A stretch of DNA of 64,000 bases from an uncultured Corynebacterium sp. (GCF_947253065.1 NZ_CAMXWS010000003.1:19954-83953); one strand, 5' to 3'. Positions 10,583 to 20,747 are shown, counted from the stretch's first letter. Notes: generated by a model from the letters alone, not told the origin. Program-made: numbers and translations.

Positions 10583-10948
10583 ATGCAGCCCGCTGTCCGG
10601 ACAGACTTCACCCGTGGGGAAGCCCGCTCAGGTTTAGCCTGGCTCTCAGTGGGGGCTGGGCTGTCAGGGCTGGTGGAGGTGGCGTCGATAAGCACGCTCT
10701 ACGGCGTAGTTTCGATTCTTGCCGCAGCGGGCCTTGGGGTTGTCTTCACCCGCACCGCGCTGCTCTGGGTGCGCGGACGCACATGGCTGGCGCTTATTCC
10801 ACTTTGGGCGTGGATCTGCGCATTCATCATGCTCGCGGTCGGTCCGGAAGTCACTGCAACGATCGTCGCCGAAAATAAGATTCGCTGCGCTCTGCTGCTC
10901 GCCGCCGCCGTAGCTGGGGCCGTGTGGCCCATTGCGATGCGGAAGTGA
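10583..10948 (+). CDS. hypothetical membrane protein
   Basis: ATG immediately after the mshB stop. Three predicted transmembrane helices. Confidence 0.45.
   Translation: MQPAVRTDFTRGEARSGLAWLSVGAGLSGLVEVASISTLYGVVSILAAAGLGVVFTRTALLWVRGRTWLALIPLWAWICAFIMLAVGPEVTATIVAENKIRCALLLAAAVAGAVWPIAMRK
10683..10693 (-). repeat. 11-mer copy (reverse orientation)
   Basis: Plus strand shows CGTCGATAAGC. Read as A-S-I-S using the rare ATA codon. Confidence 0.9.
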
Positions 10949-10994
10949 CATACTGTTGTGAGAATTTTCGTCAGACGAGGAGTGACAACAGCCC

Positions 10995-11318
10995 ATGACC
11001 TACATCATCGCTGAGCCTTGTGTCGACCTACTGGACCGCGCTTGTGTTGAAGAGTGCCCGGTCGACTGCATCTACGAAGGCAAGCGCATGCTTTATATCC
11101 ACCCCGACGAATGCGTGGACTGCGGCGCCTGCGAGCCCGCATGCCCGGTCGAGGCAATCTTCTACGAAGACGACCTGCCCGAAGAGTGGAATGACTACTA
11201 CGACGCGAACGTCGCCTTCTTCGATGAAATCGGCTCCCCGGGCGGTGCTGCCGCAGAAGGCCCATACGATTTCGACCACCCATTCGTGGCTGCATTGCCA
11301 CCGATGAACCAGGAGTAG
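10995..11318 (+). CDS. fdxA: 7Fe ferredoxin
   Basis: CxxCxxxCP and CxxCxxCxxxCP cluster motifs. [11 protein letters not shown]-terminus. Confidence 0.9.
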   Translation: MTYIIAEPCVDLLDRACVEECPVDCIYEGKRMLYIHPDECVDCGACEPACPVEAIFYEDDLPEEWNDYYDANVAFFDEIGSPGGAAAEGPYDFDHPFVAALPPMNQE

Positions 11319-11322
11319 ACAG

Positions 11323-12426
11323 ATGGGGTCTCGCCGCTCGCTCAGTCAGGTACTGCCGGATTTTCCATGGGACACCATCGCCGACGTCAAGGCGAAGGCA
11401 GCATCCCACCCAGATGGGCTGGTGGACCTGTCCGTCGGCGGGCCGGTCGATGATGTGCCGCCTGCGATCCAGCTCGCGCTCGCGGAGAATTCCGCCGAGC
11501 CCGGCTACCCGCAGACGATGGGCACGCCTGCCTTGCGCGCCGCGATCGTCTCGGCGTTGGAGCGCCGCTTCGGCATCGCCGGACTGAACGAGCGCGCTGT
11601 GTTGCCGACCATCGGGCTCAAAGAAGCCATCGCGTGGCTGCCGACGTTGCTGGGTCTGCGTGGCCAGACCGTCGTCATCCCGGAAGTCGCGTACCCCACC
11701 TACGAGGTCAGCGCACTCATGGCTGGCTGCGATGTCGTGCGTTGCGACGACCCGGCGCAAGCCCCCCGCGATGCCGCCCTGATTTTCCTCAACTCCCCGT
11801 CGAACCCGACTGGCGCTGTGGCCTCCGTTGAGCTGCTGCGCTCCTGGGTCGCCTTCGCGCGCGAAACTGGCGCGATCATCGCCTCCGACGAGTGCTACCT
11901 CTACCTCGGGTGGGCCACTGAACCTGTCTCTGTGCTGCACCCGTCCGTCACCGACGGTGATAACACCGGCCTTCTGGCGCTGCACTCCCTGTCTAAGACC
12001 TCGAATCTGGCGTCCTACCGCTGCGGCATGATCTCCGGCGACGAAGCTCTCGTCCAAGAACTCCTCGAGGTGCGCAAGCACGCTGGCTTGATCGTTCCCG
12101 GCCCGATCCAGCACGCCATGGTCGCGGCATTGGAGAGCGACCTGCACGAGGAAATGCAACGCTCGGACTACGCCATGCGCCGCCTCGAGCTGCTCAAGGC
12201 CCTGCCTGAAGCAGGCTTCACCGTCGATGACTCTGACGCTGGCCTGTACCTCTGGGTTCGCCGCGACGGCATGGATTCACGCGCGATCCTTAACTGGTTC
12301 GCCGAGCGCGGCATCCTCGGTGCACCCGGCGATTTCTACGGCCCGGCAGGCGCATCTCACGTCCGCATCGCACTGACTGCGACGGATGAGAATATCGCTA
12401 AGGCCGCACGCCGCATCGTCGAATAG
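11323..12426 (+). CDS. dapC: N-succinyldiaminopimelate aminotransferase (class I PLP aminotransferase)
   Basis: Aminotransferase class I fold with an SKTSN PLP-lysine region. Conserved fdxA-dapC synteny of Corynebacterium and Mycobacterium. Confidence 0.8.
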   Translation: MGSRRSLSQVLPDFPWDTIADVKAKAASHPDGLVDLSVGGPVDDVPPAIQLALAENSAEPGYPQTMGTPALRAAIVSALERRFGIAGLNERAVLPTIGLKEAIAWLPTLLGLRGQTVVIPEVAYPTYEVSALMAGCDVVRCDDPAQAPRDAALIFLNSPSNPTGAVASVELLRSWVAFARETGAIIASDECYLYLGWATEPVSVLHPSVTDGDNTGLLALHSLSKTSNLASYRCGMISGDEALVQELLEVRKHAGLIVPGPIQHAMVAALESDLHEEMQRSDYAMRRLELLKALPEAGFTVDDSDAGLYLWVRRDGMDSRAILNWFAERGILGAPGDFYGPAGASHVRIALTATDENIAKAARRIVE

Positions 12427-12503
12427 CACACGCGCATAACGTTTTCATTTCGCCGCCCTCGCGGGACTACACTGTCACAAGTTCAGGAAGGAAGGCGGCT
12501 GGG

Positions 12504-13112
12504 GTGACCCAACACGATATAGCTGAAGACGCGGCGTCCGATGTCGCCCGCTCGGCGCCACCTGCGCAGCAAAAGAGAGGCAGCACCGCCTTGCGCGTGA
12601 TGAACGGTGCCCGCGAATTCATCAAATTCGGCATCGTCGGCGGTTCCGGAGTGCTGGTCAACCTCGCGGTTGTCTACCTCGTGACGAAGGCACTCGAGCT
12701 CGGCTGGAACATCCACGAAAATGAAGTCTTCTTCAACCTGTTCGGCACTCGCTGGAATGTCCGCTGGTACCACGTGATCATGACCATCGCGTTCATCACC
12801 GCGAACACGTGGAATTACCAGCTCAATCGGTCGTGGACCTTCCGCAACGTGCCGAAGCGGTCGTGGCTGCGCGGGTACTTCCCGTTCCTCGCCACGGGCA
12901 TTGTCGCGTTCGTTGTCAGCCAGATCGTCGCGACGTTGCTGATGAATCCGACGACGCCCGTCGCGCTTCCCGACGACATCTTCGACGACTCCACCGGACT
13001 TCGCACCAAGTTCTACTGGGCAGCTGGCATATCGACGCTGGTGGCCATGCCCGTCAACTTCATCATCAACAAGCTTTGGACGTTCAGTCGCCCGAAAAAG
13101 CCGCGGTCCTAG
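12504..13112 (+). CDS. GtrA-family membrane protein
   Basis: FIKFGIVGGSGVLVNL N-terminal motif and four transmembrane helices of GtrA-like proteins. Confidence 0.65.
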   Translation: MTQHDIAEDAASDVARSAPPAQQKRGSTALRVMNGAREFIKFGIVGGSGVLVNLAVVYLVTKALELGWNIHENEVFFNLFGTRWNVRWYHVIMTIAFITANTWNYQLNRSWTFRNVPKRSWLRGYFPFLATGIVAFVVSQIVATLLMNPTTPVALPDDIFDDSTGLRTKFYWAAGISTLVAMPVNFIINKLWTFSRPKKPRS

Positions 13113-13161
13113 CAGCAGTTTCCTGCCCTAGGCCGCGGCGCCGCGGGGGAGTGGAAAAGAA

Positions 13162-14127
13162 TTAGTTCTTGTGCAGCTCCGCGTTGAGCTCCACGCCCTT
13201 TGCCTTGGTGGCTTCCACAGCGCCGGTAACGGAGTTACGGCGGAACAGGATGCCGCTGGCACCGGAAAGCTCAACAGCCTTCACAGAGTCGCCCTCAGAC
13301 TTACCCACGGCCTCAGCGATCGCAGCGGTCAGAACGACCTTGGTGCCGGCGGTGACGTAGAGGCCGGCTTCGACGGTGCAGTCGTCGCCAAGCGAAATAC
13401 CGATGCCTGCGTTGGCGCCGAGCAGGCAGCGCTCACCGATCTTGATGGTTTCCTTGCCGCCACCCGAGAGGGTGCCCATGATGGATGCACCGCCGCCGAT
13501 ATCGGTGCCGTCGCCCACGACGACGCCCGCGGAAATGCGGCCCTCAACCATGGACGCGCCGAGCGTGCCCGCGTTGAAGTTGACGAAGCCCTCGTGCATC
13601 ACCGTGGTGCCCTCAGCCAGGTGAGCGCCCAGGCGCACGCGGTCCGCATCACCGATGCGCACACCAGACGGAACGACATAATCGACCATGCGCGGGAACT
13701 TGTCCACGGAGAACACCACGACCGGGCCACGCGCGGACAGACGGCCACGCACAACCTGGAAATCAGCGACAGCGCACGGACCGTAGTTCGTCCACACCAC
13801 ATTCGCCAGCAGGCCGAACAGGCCATCAAGATTCGCCTCGTGCGGTTTCACAAGACGGTGGGAGAGCAGGTGCAGACGCAGGTACGCGTCGTACGCATCG
13901 ATCGGGGCGGCGGAGATATCAGCAATCGACGTCGCCACCGGCACGCGTGCCACACCGCGGTCCTCATCCGGGCCAGCGAGCTTCGCGAACTGCTGCGGGG
14001 TCTCCTCCAAGCGAGTAGTGCCTGTCGACGCCACCGACTCACCGAGCTTCGGAGCCGGATACCAAACATCAAGGACAGTTCCGTCGTGCGTGACAGTGGC
14101 CAAGCCCCGTGCGAATGCGGTGGTCAT
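13162..14127 (-). CDS. dapD: 2,3,4,5-tetrahydropyridine-2,6-dicarboxylate N-succinyltransferase
   Basis: Left-handed beta-helix hexapeptide repeats and a corynebacterial DapD-like N-terminus. Synteny with dapC/dapE. Confidence 0.85.
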   Translation of the reverse strand: MTTAFARGLATVTHDGTVLDVWYPAPKLGESVASTGTTRLEETPQQFAKLAGPDEDRGVARVPVATSIADISAAPIDAYDAYLRLHLLSHRLVKPHEANLDGLFGLLANVVWTNYGPCAVADFQVVRGRLSARGPVVVFSVDKFPRMVDYVVPSGVRIGDADRVRLGAHLAEGTTVMHEGFVNFNAGTLGASMVEGRISAGVVVGDGTDIGGGASIMGTLSGGGKETIKIGERCLLGANAGIGISLGDDCTVEAGLYVTAGTKVVLTAAIAEAVGKSEGDSVKAVELSGASGILFRRNSVTGAVEATKAKGVELNAELHKN

Positions 14128-14226
14128 AGTAGCAATCAGTCTTTCTCGTCAGGTTACAAATTCTGGGTATGAAATTGCACGGCCAACGCAATGCGCCAGC
14201 CGTGCATAGTTTAGAAGATCTTCAGT

Positions 14227-14246
14227 TATGTGTGGGGGCTCCACAC
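14227..14246 (-). terminator. weak hairpin downstream of the permease gene
   Basis: GTGTGG-ggct-CCACAC stem-loop. The U-tract is poor. Confidence 0.2.
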
Positions 14247-14255
14247 GCGAGGTGG

Positions 14256-15626
14256 TTAAGCCATCTCGGCCGGTTCCGTTGCCTTGCCGCGGTGAACGAT
14301 GAGACTGATGATCACAATCGTCGACACCACGATGATGGCGGAGATGAGCTCGGTGCGGCCACCGGCGTCGAAAAGCATGAGCAAAACGAAGCCGCCGAGT
14401 ACTGCCAGGGTGGCCCATGCGAGCCACGGATAACCCCACATGCGCACTTCGGTGATCTCTCCCTTCGCCACAAGCTGCGGGTGCAGGCGAATGTAGGAGA
14501 GGATGATCATCGTCCAAATCATGATCAAGATGCCACCCACGGCGTTGAGCAGGAAGGTGAGCAGCCCCGGCGGGTTCCACCATTGGAGACCCACGGAGAC
14601 AAAACCGAAGAAGATCGACACGAGCACAGCACGCACCGGAACACCGGAATCATTGGTCTGTGCAAAGTACTTTGGAGCATCGTGTCCGCGTGCCATGGAG
14701 TACAGCAGACGCGAGTTGCCGTAGAGCTGCGCATTACAAGCCGACAGCAGTGCGAGAGCGATGACGACCTCCATGATCGTCGCAGCACCAGAAATATTCG
14801 CGCGGTCCAGGACCAAGGTGAACGGGGATTCCGCAGCCGATTCAGCGCCCGCAATCTGGTCGTAGGGGAGCAGCAGAATGATCAGCAGAACAGAGCCGAT
14901 GTAGAACACAGCGATACGCCAGATCGCGGAACGAATGGCGGCGCCGACGGCTTCCTTCGGGTCCTCCGACTCAGCTGCAGCGATGGTGACCAGCTCGATG
15001 CCGCCGAAAGCGAATGCCACGGCGAGCATTGCGGTGGCAATACCACCGATGCCATTCGGCATGAAGCCAACACCCTCGATATTGCTCGTGCCCACTGCGT
15101 CCATGCCCGGGAACAGGCCGATGACCATGAGCACGCCCATGACGAGGAATGTGATGATCGCAGCGACCTTGATTAGCGCGAACCAGAACTCGAATTCGCC
15201 AAAGCCACGTACAGCAACCAGGTTGATGGCGGCGAAGAACACCACCGCAATCAGCGCCGGGATCCAGGGGGCAATCCCGAACCAGCCACTGATAATCGCT
15301 GAAGCACCAGTGATTTCCACACCGATGATGAGCACCTGCATGAACCAGTACGCCCAGCCGACAGAGAAGCCCGCCCACGCACCGAACGCTTGGTCCGAAT
15401 ACGTAGCAAAGCTTCCCGACGATGGCCGCGCTGCGACCATCTCTGCCAGCATCTGCATAATGCAGACCGTGACAGCTCCGGCGAAGATATAGGCGATGAG
15501 GACGGCCGGGCCCGCGGCCTGGATGCCCACGCCGGTTCCGAGGAAGAGGCCAGCGCCGATGGCTGAGCCCAGTCCCATCATGGTCAGGTGGCGGGTTTGC
15601 AAACCGCTATTGAGGGTGTTCGACAT
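14256..15626 (-). CDS. aroP: amino acid permease (APC superfamily), AroP-like
   Basis: 12-TM APC-family permease signature. In C. glutamicum an aroP gene sits between dapD and dapD2, as recalled from that genome rather than seen here. The gene symbol is tentative. Confidence 0.6.
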   Translation of the reverse strand: MSNTLNSGLQTRHLTMMGLGSAIGAGLFLGTGVGIQAAGPAVLIAYIFAGAVTVCIMQMLAEMVAARPSSGSFATYSDQAFGAWAGFSVGWAYWFMQVLIIGVEITGASAIISGWFGIAPWIPALIAVVFFAAINLVAVRGFGEFEFWFALIKVAAIITFLVMGVLMVIGLFPGMDAVGTSNIEGVGFMPNGIGGIATAMLAVAFAFGGIELVTIAAAESEDPKEAVGAAIRSAIWRIAVFYIGSVLLIILLLPYDQIAGAESAAESPFTLVLDRANISGAATIMEVVIALALLSACNAQLYGNSRLLYSMARGHDAPKYFAQTNDSGVPVRAVLVSIFFGFVSVGLQWWNPPGLLTFLLNAVGGILIMIWTMIILSYIRLHPQLVAKGEITEVRMWGYPWLAWATLAVLGGFVLLMLFDAGGRTELISAIIVVSTIVIISLIVHRGKATEPAEMA

Positions 15627-15705
15627 GAGTCAAGTGTAGAAACACTGGGCACTCACCGATAATTGGGGGTGAATTATATACACCCGCGCTGTGGATACAA
15701 GCTCG

Positions 15706-16635
15706 CTACATGCGTTGCCGCACGACCGGTGTGGCACTGTGAGGCTCGTGCGTGATCGACCAATCTGACTGCTCAGTAATGGTGTGAGCTGGGACATAGG
15801 TTTTCTCGCCCGGGCTGCGGGTGTCGTAGACGATCGTGCCAGGCTCCAGGATCACGCCGGCACCGAGTTCGCAGCGGTCACCCATATTCAGATCGATCAG
15901 CCCGGCGGATGGTCGAATGATGCAGTCCTCGCCGATGCGGATGGGGGTGCGGTTGTGGCCGTCGGTGCGTTCGGACATCACAAAGGAAGACAGGCCGATA
16001 TCGCTGCCGGCACCGATCACGCAAGAAGAGAACAAACGGCCTTCCACACGCGCGGGGCCAAGCGTTCCGGAGTTAAAGGAGACAGCACCTTCGCGGTACA
16101 CACTCGTGCCTTCCGCGAGGTAAGCGCCGAGCCGCACGCGCTCAGCTTCTGCGATGCTGATGCCCGTGGGCACCACGTAGTCCACCATGCGGGGGAGACG
16201 CTCAATGCCATAGACGTGGATATTTCCGCGGGCGCGCAAATTGGTGCGCACGTACTCAAAATCATCAGGCAGGCACGGCCCCTTATTCGTCCACGCTACG
16301 GGCACGAGATGCTCAAGCACATCCGTCATGTTGATCTCCAGCGGCTTCACCTTCCGGTGGGAGAGCAAGTGCAGGCGCAAATACACATCATGCGCATCGA
16401 CGGCAGGAGCCGAAAGATCAGCGATCTCAGTACGCACCGGCACCACTTCCACATGGCGGTCACGGTCCATGCCGACCAAGTTCAACAGCCTGGGCGAGAG
16501 GTCATTGGCGCTGACGCGGCGGGTGTGGGGGTGGGTGGCGTCGTCGACAAGCTGGACGGTGGGGAACCAACTATCCAGAACTGTTCCGTCAGCGGCGATG
16601 TGTGCGATCCCTGTCGCGCGTGCTCCAAAAGGCAT
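15706..16635 (-). CDS. dapD2: DapD paralogue (tetrahydrodipicolinate N-succinyltransferase-like)
   Basis: Same hexapeptide-repeat fold and N-terminal domain as dapD at 13162..14127. Divergent from dapE, as in C. glutamicum. Confidence 0.75.
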   Translation of the reverse strand: MPFGARATGIAHIAADGTVLDSWFPTVQLVDDATHPHTRRVSANDLSPRLLNLVGMDRDRHVEVVPVRTEIADLSAPAVDAHDVYLRLHLLSHRKVKPLEINMTDVLEHLVPVAWTNKGPCLPDDFEYVRTNLRARGNIHVYGIERLPRMVDYVVPTGISIAEAERVRLGAYLAEGTSVYREGAVSFNSGTLGPARVEGRLFSSCVIGAGSDIGLSSFVMSERTDGHNRTPIRIGEDCIIRPSAGLIDLNMGDRCELGAGVILEPGTIVYDTRSPGEKTYVPAHTITEQSDWSITHEPHSATPVVRQRM

Positions 16636-16677
16636 GGTTGTATCCTACGTGCCCGCCCGGCAGGTAGGATCGCCCCC

Positions 16678-17763
16678 GTGAATCTGGACCTTTTTGCTGA
16701 CCCGGTGGAGCTGACAAAAGCTCTGATTGACATCCCATCTCCCTCCCACGAGGAGAAGGAGATCGCAGACGCGATCGAAGCAGCACTGCAAGCGCTCGAC
16801 GGTATCGAGGTGATCCGCCGCGGCAACACCGTTGTTGCGCGCACCCACCGCGGCTTTGCTGATCGCATCGTGCTCGCTGGCCACATTGATACCGTGCCCA
16901 TCGCCGACAATGTGCCGCACCACGTCGAAGGCGACATCCTGTGGGGCTGCGGATCGGTAGACATGAAGTCCGGCATGGCATGCTACCTCCACGCATTTGC
17001 CACGCTGTGCAACTCTGACGACCTGGCCTTTGACCTCACGCTCATCTGCTACGAGGCGGAGGAGGTTGCCGCAACGTACAACGGGCTGGCACACCTTGAA
17101 CGCGACGCACCGGAGCTGCTGGAGGGCTCGCTGGCGCTGCTCGGCGAACCTTCGGGCGCGATTATCGAGGCGGGCTGCCAGGGCAGCATCCGCGTCAAGG
17201 TGGTTGCGCACGGCACGCGAGCACATTCGGCACGCGCGTGGCTCGGGCACAACGCGGCGCACGATCTCGCGGGAGTGCTCGGCCGCGTCGCCGCGTACGA
17301 GCCACGCACCGTCACCATCGCCGGCTGCGAGTACCGCGAAGGCCTCAACGTCGTCGGCCTGTCCGGCGGGGTGGCTACTAACACGCTTCCCGACGAAGCC
17401 ACGTTGACCATCAACTTCCGCTTCGCCCCCGACCGCAGCTTGGAAGAAGCAAAGCAACACCTCGAAGAGACCCTCGCGCTCGAAGAAGGCCTCGAATTGC
17501 TTTACGACGACGCCGTCCCCGGCGCCCTCCCCGGCCTCGACGCCCCGGCCGCCCAGGGACTCCTTGCTGCTGTCGGTGGGAAATACCGTGCGAAGTTCGG
17601 ATGGACGGATGTGTCCAGGTTCTCTACGCTCGGAGTTCCGGCTGTGAACTTCGGCGCCGGCGACCCCGGGTTCGCCCACAAGATCGACGAACAGTGCCCG
17701 ATCGACCAGATCCGCACCGTCGCCGACACGTTGATGGCGTACCTGTCCGGCGCTAAGGCCTAG
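16678..17763 (+). CDS. dapE: succinyl-diaminopimelate desuccinylase (M20 peptidase)
   Basis: GTG start at 16678. M20 metal-binding motifs GHIDTV and AxDMKSG. The track ORF 15784..17763 extends upstream as an antisense artefact. Confidence 0.85.
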   Translation: MNLDLFADPVELTKALIDIPSPSHEEKEIADAIEAALQALDGIEVIRRGNTVVARTHRGFADRIVLAGHIDTVPIADNVPHHVEGDILWGCGSVDMKSGMACYLHAFATLCNSDDLAFDLTLICYEAEEVAATYNGLAHLERDAPELLEGSLALLGEPSGAIIEAGCQGSIRVKVVAHGTRAHSARAWLGHNAAHDLAGVLGRVAAYEPRTVTIAGCEYREGLNVVGLSGGVATNTLPDEATLTINFRFAPDRSLEEAKQHLEETLALEEGLELLYDDAVPGALPGLDAPAAQGLLAAVGGKYRAKFGWTDVSRFSTLGVPAVNFGAGDPGFAHKIDEQCPIDQIRTVADTLMAYLSGAKA

Positions 17764-17811
17764 CAGGTTTCTGCAGCCCGCAGCACATTTGAACCACTCT
17801 GAAGAGAAGGC

Positions 17812-18621
17812 GTGATTTCCGTGGCTCCACACATCACTCCGCGCCCGGACCGGGACCGCACGCTCAGCGGTCCGATCCTGCGGCGCCACAAGGGCGGCGA
17901 CACTGGGCCCGCTTCCACCTACGACCAGCGTTTGCTGCAGATGGGACGAGCAGATCACGACTGGAAGCACGCTGACCCATGGCGCGTCATGCGCATCACC
18001 AGTGAATTCGTTTCCGGTTTTGATGCCTTGCACGACTTGGGCTGGGCAGTGACTGTGTTCGGTTCGGCCCGTCTGGGGGAGGGCACTCCGGAATACGAGC
18101 AGGCTCGCCAGGTTGGCAAAGCTCTCGTGGAGGCAGGATATGCCGTCATCACTGGTGGTGGCCCTGGTCTGATGGAAGGACCGAACCGTGGGGCATACGA
18201 GGCGGGTGGCATGTCTGTCGGTCTTGGCATTGAGCTGCCGTTTGAACAAGGTCTCAACCCATGGGTCGACCTGGGCCTGAATTTCCGATACTTCTTCGCC
18301 CGCAAAACGATGTTTTTGAAGTACTCGCAAGGGTTCATCTCGCTGCCCGGTGGATTCGGCACGATGGATGAGGTCTTCGAAGTCCTCTGCATGATCCAAA
18401 CAGGCAAGGTGACGAACTTCCCGATGGTGCTGTTGGGCACCGAGTTCTGGTCCGGCCTCGTTGATTGGATTCGCAACCAGCAGCTCGCACGCGGCCTCAT
18501 CTCCGAAGGCGATGACCAGCTCTTCCTGGTCACTGATTCGGTTGAGGAAGCTGTCGAGTACATCGTCAACGCCCACCACAAGATGGCCGACCCACGCAAC
18601 CTGCACAAATACGAGCGTTAA
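17812..18621 (+). CDS. LOG-family cytokinin riboside 5'-monophosphate phosphoribohydrolase-like protein
   Basis: LPGGFGTMDE (PGGxGTxxE) and GGGPGLME motifs of the TIGR00730/LOG family. Confidence 0.8.
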   Translation: MISVAPHITPRPDRDRTLSGPILRRHKGGDTGPASTYDQRLLQMGRADHDWKHADPWRVMRITSEFVSGFDALHDLGWAVTVFGSARLGEGTPEYEQARQVGKALVEAGYAVITGGGPGLMEGPNRGAYEAGGMSVGLGIELPFEQGLNPWVDLGLNFRYFFARKTMFLKYSQGFISLPGGFGTMDEVFEVLCMIQTGKVTNFPMVLLGTEFWSGLVDWIRNQQLARGLISEGDDQLFLVTDSVEEAVEYIVNAHHKMADPRNLHKYER

Positions 18622-19469
18622 TGAGCACAGCTGTAAACGGTCTGCCTCGTGTCATGGCGATCATTAACCGCACCCCTGATTCGTTCTATGACAAGGGCGC
18701 GACCTTCGCTTTCGATGCTGCTGTGCAGCGGTGCCGTGACGTGGTTGAGGCAGGTGCAACGATCGTGGACATCGGGGGAGTGAAAGCTGGCCCCGGTGAT
18801 GAAGTAGACGCTGCCGAAGAGATCGACCGCGTCGTGCCTTTCATCGCTGCTGTGCGTGAGGGGCTTCCAGAGGGCGTCGATATCTCTGTGGACACGTGGC
18901 GCCCAGAAGTAGCTGATGCAGCTGCGCGTGCAGGAGCCACGCTGATCAACGACACCTGGGCGGGATACGAACCGGAACTGGTCGAGGTCGCTGGTGCCCA
19001 TAAGGCTGGCTACGTGTGCTCACACACCGGTGGTGCGACACCACGCACGCGCCCGCACCGTGTCCACTACGACGACGTCGTTGTAGACGTCATTCGCGAA
19101 ACGACTGCTCTTGCTGAGCGTGCTGTCGCATGTGGAGTGCCGGAAGAAAAGGTCTTCATCGACCCGACTCATGACTTTGGCAAGAACACCTTCCACGGAC
19201 TTGAGATCCTGCGGCGTATCGACGAAGTCGTCGCAACTGGCTGGCCCGTCCTCATGGCCTTGTCCAACAAGGACTTCATCGGAGAAACCACCGGCCGCGG
19301 CGTGGGCGAACGCGTCGCAGGAACGCTCGCAGCAACCGCATGGTGCACCGCTCGCGGGGTGGCAGCTTTCCGCGTCCATGAAGTCGCCGAAACGCTTGAT
19401 GTCATCCGCACGATCGCAGCCATTCAAGGCACGGCGGCACCCCTCGACACGATCCGAGGGCTCGCATGA
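18621..19469 (+). CDS. folP2: dihydropteroate synthase-like protein (FolP2)
   Basis: Pterin-binding DHPS fold (IINRTPDSFYD, DIGG). Synteny with gpgS as in Rv1207-Rv1208. Confidence 0.75.
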   Translation: MSTAVNGLPRVMAIINRTPDSFYDKGATFAFDAAVQRCRDVVEAGATIVDIGGVKAGPGDEVDAAEEIDRVVPFIAAVREGLPEGVDISVDTWRPEVADAAARAGATLINDTWAGYEPELVEVAGAHKAGYVCSHTGGATPRTRPHRVHYDDVVVDVIRETTALAERAVACGVPEEKVFIDPTHDFGKNTFHGLEILRRIDEVVATGWPVLMALSNKDFIGETTGRGVGERVAGTLAATAWCTARGVAAFRVHEVAETLDVIRTIAAIQGTAAPLDTIRGLA

Positions 19470-20209
19470 CGGCCAATCCGAGTGTGTCGGTGGTCATTCC
19501 CGCGCTCAATGAGGAGACCACGGTCACAAATGTCGTGCGAGCAGCTTTCGCATCCTGCGCAAACGAAGTCATCGTCGTCGACTCCGATTCCACCGATGCC
19601 ACCGCAGCCAACGCAGCAGCAGCCGGGGCGACTGTGCTCAATTGGCGCGACATTGCCCCCGAGATTCCTGTCCAACCCGGCAAGGGCGAAGCACTCTGGC
19701 GTGGAGTCCGCGCGGCCCGAGGAGACATTGTTGTTTTTCTCGACGCAGACGTGACCACGGTGCAGCCGGCGTGGGTGAATGGGTTGGTGGGGGAGTTCGT
19801 CGATAAGCGAGTGCAGCTTGTGAAAGCCTCCTATTCCCGCGCGCTCGACGGTGCCCCGAGCGGCGGTGGGCGCGTCACGGAGCTGACCGCAAAACCACTG
19901 TTGCGCCTGCTCTTTCCGCACATCCCGGAGCTCGATCAACCGCTCGCCGGCGAGTACGCGATCCGCCGCGAAACCGCGCTCGAAGTGCCATTCGTCGCAG
20001 GTTACGGGGTTGAAGCGGGCCTGCTTATCGACGTCGCAACCCTCCACGGCCCCCACTCCATCACCCAAGTTGACCTCGGGCACAAAGCCCACCGCAACCG
20101 GCCCCTGACCGAACTGACTGAGATGTCTGAAACCGTCGCCCGCACCATCCTCGCCCGCGCTGGTGTGCTCGACATTCCACAACGCAGCCCGTGGGCGCAA
20201 CTGCGGTAG
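19466..20209 (+). CDS. gpgS: glucosyl-3-phosphoglycerate synthase (GT81/GT2-like)
   Basis: VVIPALNEE N-terminus and DADV (DxD) motif. Positional orthologue of Rv1208. Carries two copies of the 11-mer repeat. Confidence 0.75.
   Translation: MTANPSVSVVIPALNEETTVTNVVRAAFASCANEVIVVDSDSTDATAANAAAAGATVLNWRDIAPEIPVQPGKGEALWRGVRAARGDIVVFLDADVTTVQPAWVNGLVGEFVDKRVQLVKASYSRALDGAPSGGGRVTELTAKPLLRLLFPHIPELDQPLAGEYAIRRETALEVPFVAGYGVEAGLLIDVATLHGPHSITQVDLGHKAHRNRPLTELTEMSETVARTILARAGVLDIPQRSPWAQLR
19798..19808 (-). repeat. 11-mer copy (reverse orientation)
   Basis: CGTCGATAAGC, read as F-V-D-K-R (rare CGA codon) in gpgS. Confidence 0.9.
20023..20033 (+). repeat. 11-mer GCTTATCGACG copy
   Basis: Exact match. 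L-L-I-D-V in gpgS. Confidence 0.9.
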
Positions 20210-20218
20210 CATCAGCTC

Positions 20219-20566
20219 ATGCTGTCTTGGCTCATCCTCATTCTCGTCATCGCCGCGATCGCAATCTTCGGCGCGTGGGTCACCGCCTCCTTCGTCGGAC
20301 GCGGGGAAGCCATCCCACCACTGGACGAACCCCACGACGTCATCGCCGCGAACCGCACCGCCGTTGACGAGGGCCGTTACAACGACATTGCCCTCGAAGT
20401 CGTGCCACGTGGCTACCGCCAAGACCAAGTCGACGCACTCCTTGAGCACCTGCTCGGCAAACAAAAGCGTAATATTGGAGAAGAGTTCCCGCCGACGGCC
20501 ACCGCGCCTGCCGGAGGGAAAGAGATAACCGAAGAGCCAAGGAGTAACACCACATGGCAGCAATGA
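20219..20566 (+). CDS. DivIVA-domain-containing small membrane protein
   Basis: N-terminal TM helix, then a DivIVA-like IALEVVPRGYRQDQVDALLEHL segment. Confidence 0.5.
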   Translation: MLSWLILILVIAAIAIFGAWVTASFVGRGEAIPPLDEPHDVIAANRTAVDEGRYNDIALEVVPRGYRQDQVDALLEHLLGKQKRNIGEEFPPTATAPAGGKEITEEPRSNTTWQQ

Positions 20567-20724
20567 AGCCGCGTACCGGCAACGGTCCGATGGAAGTCGT
20601 CGAGGAAAGCCGTAAGATCGTGATGCGCATCCCATCCGATGGCGGCGGACGTCTCGTGGTGGAGCTGAACAACGAGGAAGCAGCCGAGCTCGGCCAGCTC
20701 CTCACCGATGTCGCAGCTGAGTAG
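20554..20724 (+). CDS. DUF3117 small protein (Rv1211/CAMLP-like)
   Basis: Not in the ORF track (56 aa). Translates to MAAMKPRTGNGPMEVVEESRKIVMRIPSDGGGRLVVELNNEEAAELGQLLTDVAAE, which closely resembles the conserved actinobacterial Rv1211 family. Confidence 0.65.
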   Translation: MAAMKPRTGNGPMEVVEESRKIVMRIPSDGGGRLVVELNNEEAAELGQLLTDVAAE

Positions 20725-20747
20725 AACTGCAGGTAACATAACGCGCC

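Noticed and set aside
15784-17763. 659-aa ORF spanning dapE
   Set aside because: Only the last 362 codons, from GTG at 16678, are dapE. The upstream part is the antisense of dapD2.
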